IMG/VR virus record: IMGVR_UViG_2541047120_000017
Strand: one strand, 5' to 3'
Source: a virus
Taxonomy: Duplodnaviria; Heunggongvirae; Uroviricota; Caudoviricetes
DNA: 5,340 nt
Position 1 is the stretch's first letter, and the number at the start of each line of letters is the position of its first letter. The notes beneath the pieces are model-generated. The model did no database searches. It was not told the DNA's origin and saw only the letters and a program-made list of their open reading frames with translations. Shown here one piece after another: positions 4,683-5,340 of the stretch. A program made the position numbers and the translations under genes.

Positions 4683-5340
4683 ATGGAAACCGTATCTGAC
4701 GCACTGAAAGCACTGAAAAAAGCCTCTTCACATGTGGTGGCAGCTCGCCTTGGAATTAGTCGTGAAGAGGCTGTCAACGAACTGTGGAAACTGAAACGCC
4801 GTGGAGAAGCGGATAACAAGGGGGCGATATGGTGGCTGACTCAGGCTGGTGAAAGTGAACCGGTGTCACCGGTACCGAAAGTGACGGCGCAAATGCTGAC
4901 AGAGGCGATTGAACAACATGGCCCACAAACGGCGGATGAACTGGCATTGATGTTCGGAATTACCTCCCGCCGGGCGAATTCATCGCTGGCAATGGCAATC
5001 AGCAAAGGGGGTCTGATTCGCGTGAATCAGGATGGTAAATTTCGTTACTGCATACCGGGCGTTGATTTACCGGCAGAGCCGAAAGCAGCATCCGTAGCTG
5101 AAACGGAGGGTAAAGCCCTTCCTCAGCCAGCTGGTGTTGCGTTACCAGTCCAGGAAACGGCTGCACAGGAAGAAATTAAAACAGAAGCGGTGGAGGACAT
5201 TGTGAAGTTGCAGCAATCGTTCACTGAAGCGAAAGCAGATGACCTGATTCTACCATCGCTGCATGTGGCTAACCGCGAGCTGCGCCGGGCGAAAAGTAAT
5301 GTTCAGAAGTGGGAGCGAGTCTGTGCTGCGCTACGGGAAC
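4683..5340 (+). CDS. Hypothetical protein, N-terminal 219 codons only (runs off the window end); two tandem winged-helix-like units
   Basis: ATG at 4683 with GGAGG 8 nt upstream; no stop codon to the window end (checked codon by codon). Not in the ORF track because it is truncated. Begins [44 protein letters not shown]. Confidence 0.7.
   Translation, partial: METVSDALKALKKASSHVVAARLGISREEAVNELWKLKRRGEADNKGAIWWLTQAGESEPVSPVPKVTAQMLTEAIEQHGPQTADELALMFGITSRRANSSLAMAISKGGLIRVNQDGKFRYCIPGVDLPAEPKAASVAETEGKALPQPAGVALPVQETAAQEEIKTEAVEDIVKLQQSFTEAKADDLILPSLHVANRELRRAKSNVQKWERVCAALRE

Noticed and set aside
4333-4819. Minus-strand ORFs 4333-4551 (72 aa) and 4532-4819 (95 aa)
   Set aside because: They are antisense to the DnaC-type gene and to the downstream gene, both of which have good SD sequences. 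There are no translation signals and the composition is Ser/Arg-rich.
1-5340. Checked for CRISPR arrays, tRNA or rRNA genes, integrase or transposase genes and attachment-site repeats
   Set aside because: There are no repeat-spacer arrays, no cloverleaf-like conserved tRNA signatures, no large recombinase ORFs and no terminal inverted repeats. The window is internal to a prophage early region.

Overview
This window reads as the immunity and early-replication core of a lambdoid (Rac/Qin-type) enterobacterial prophage. On the minus strand, a DicA/cI-type HTH repressor (885-1286) is followed by a 63-aa antitoxin (666-857) and a ParE-family toxin (379-666), the layout of PaaR2-PaaA2-ParE2 three-component toxin-antitoxin systems. 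Downstream of these lie an intrinsic terminator, a 40-bp palindromic operator-like site, and the start of a small DUF1391-like gene that runs off the window. On the plus strand are a Cro-like YdaS-type gene, an overlapping YdaT-type (CII-analogue) gene, a 169-aa protein of unknown function, an O-like replication initiator, a DnaC-type helicase loader, and the 5' part of a further gene. The initiator carries 11-bp iteron-like repeats, a (GAACAG)n tract and an A-run inside its coding sequence, which I read as a candidate origin. The same 15-bp inverted repeat occurs twice (288-327 and 1323-1361), consistent with two operators for one repressor. No rRNA, tRNA, CRISPR array, integrase or transposase is visible. 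The main open questions are an antisense promoter/ORF unit lying between the unknown gene and the initiator, and the function of the 169-aa protein. All homology statements come from recalled family features, not from searches.
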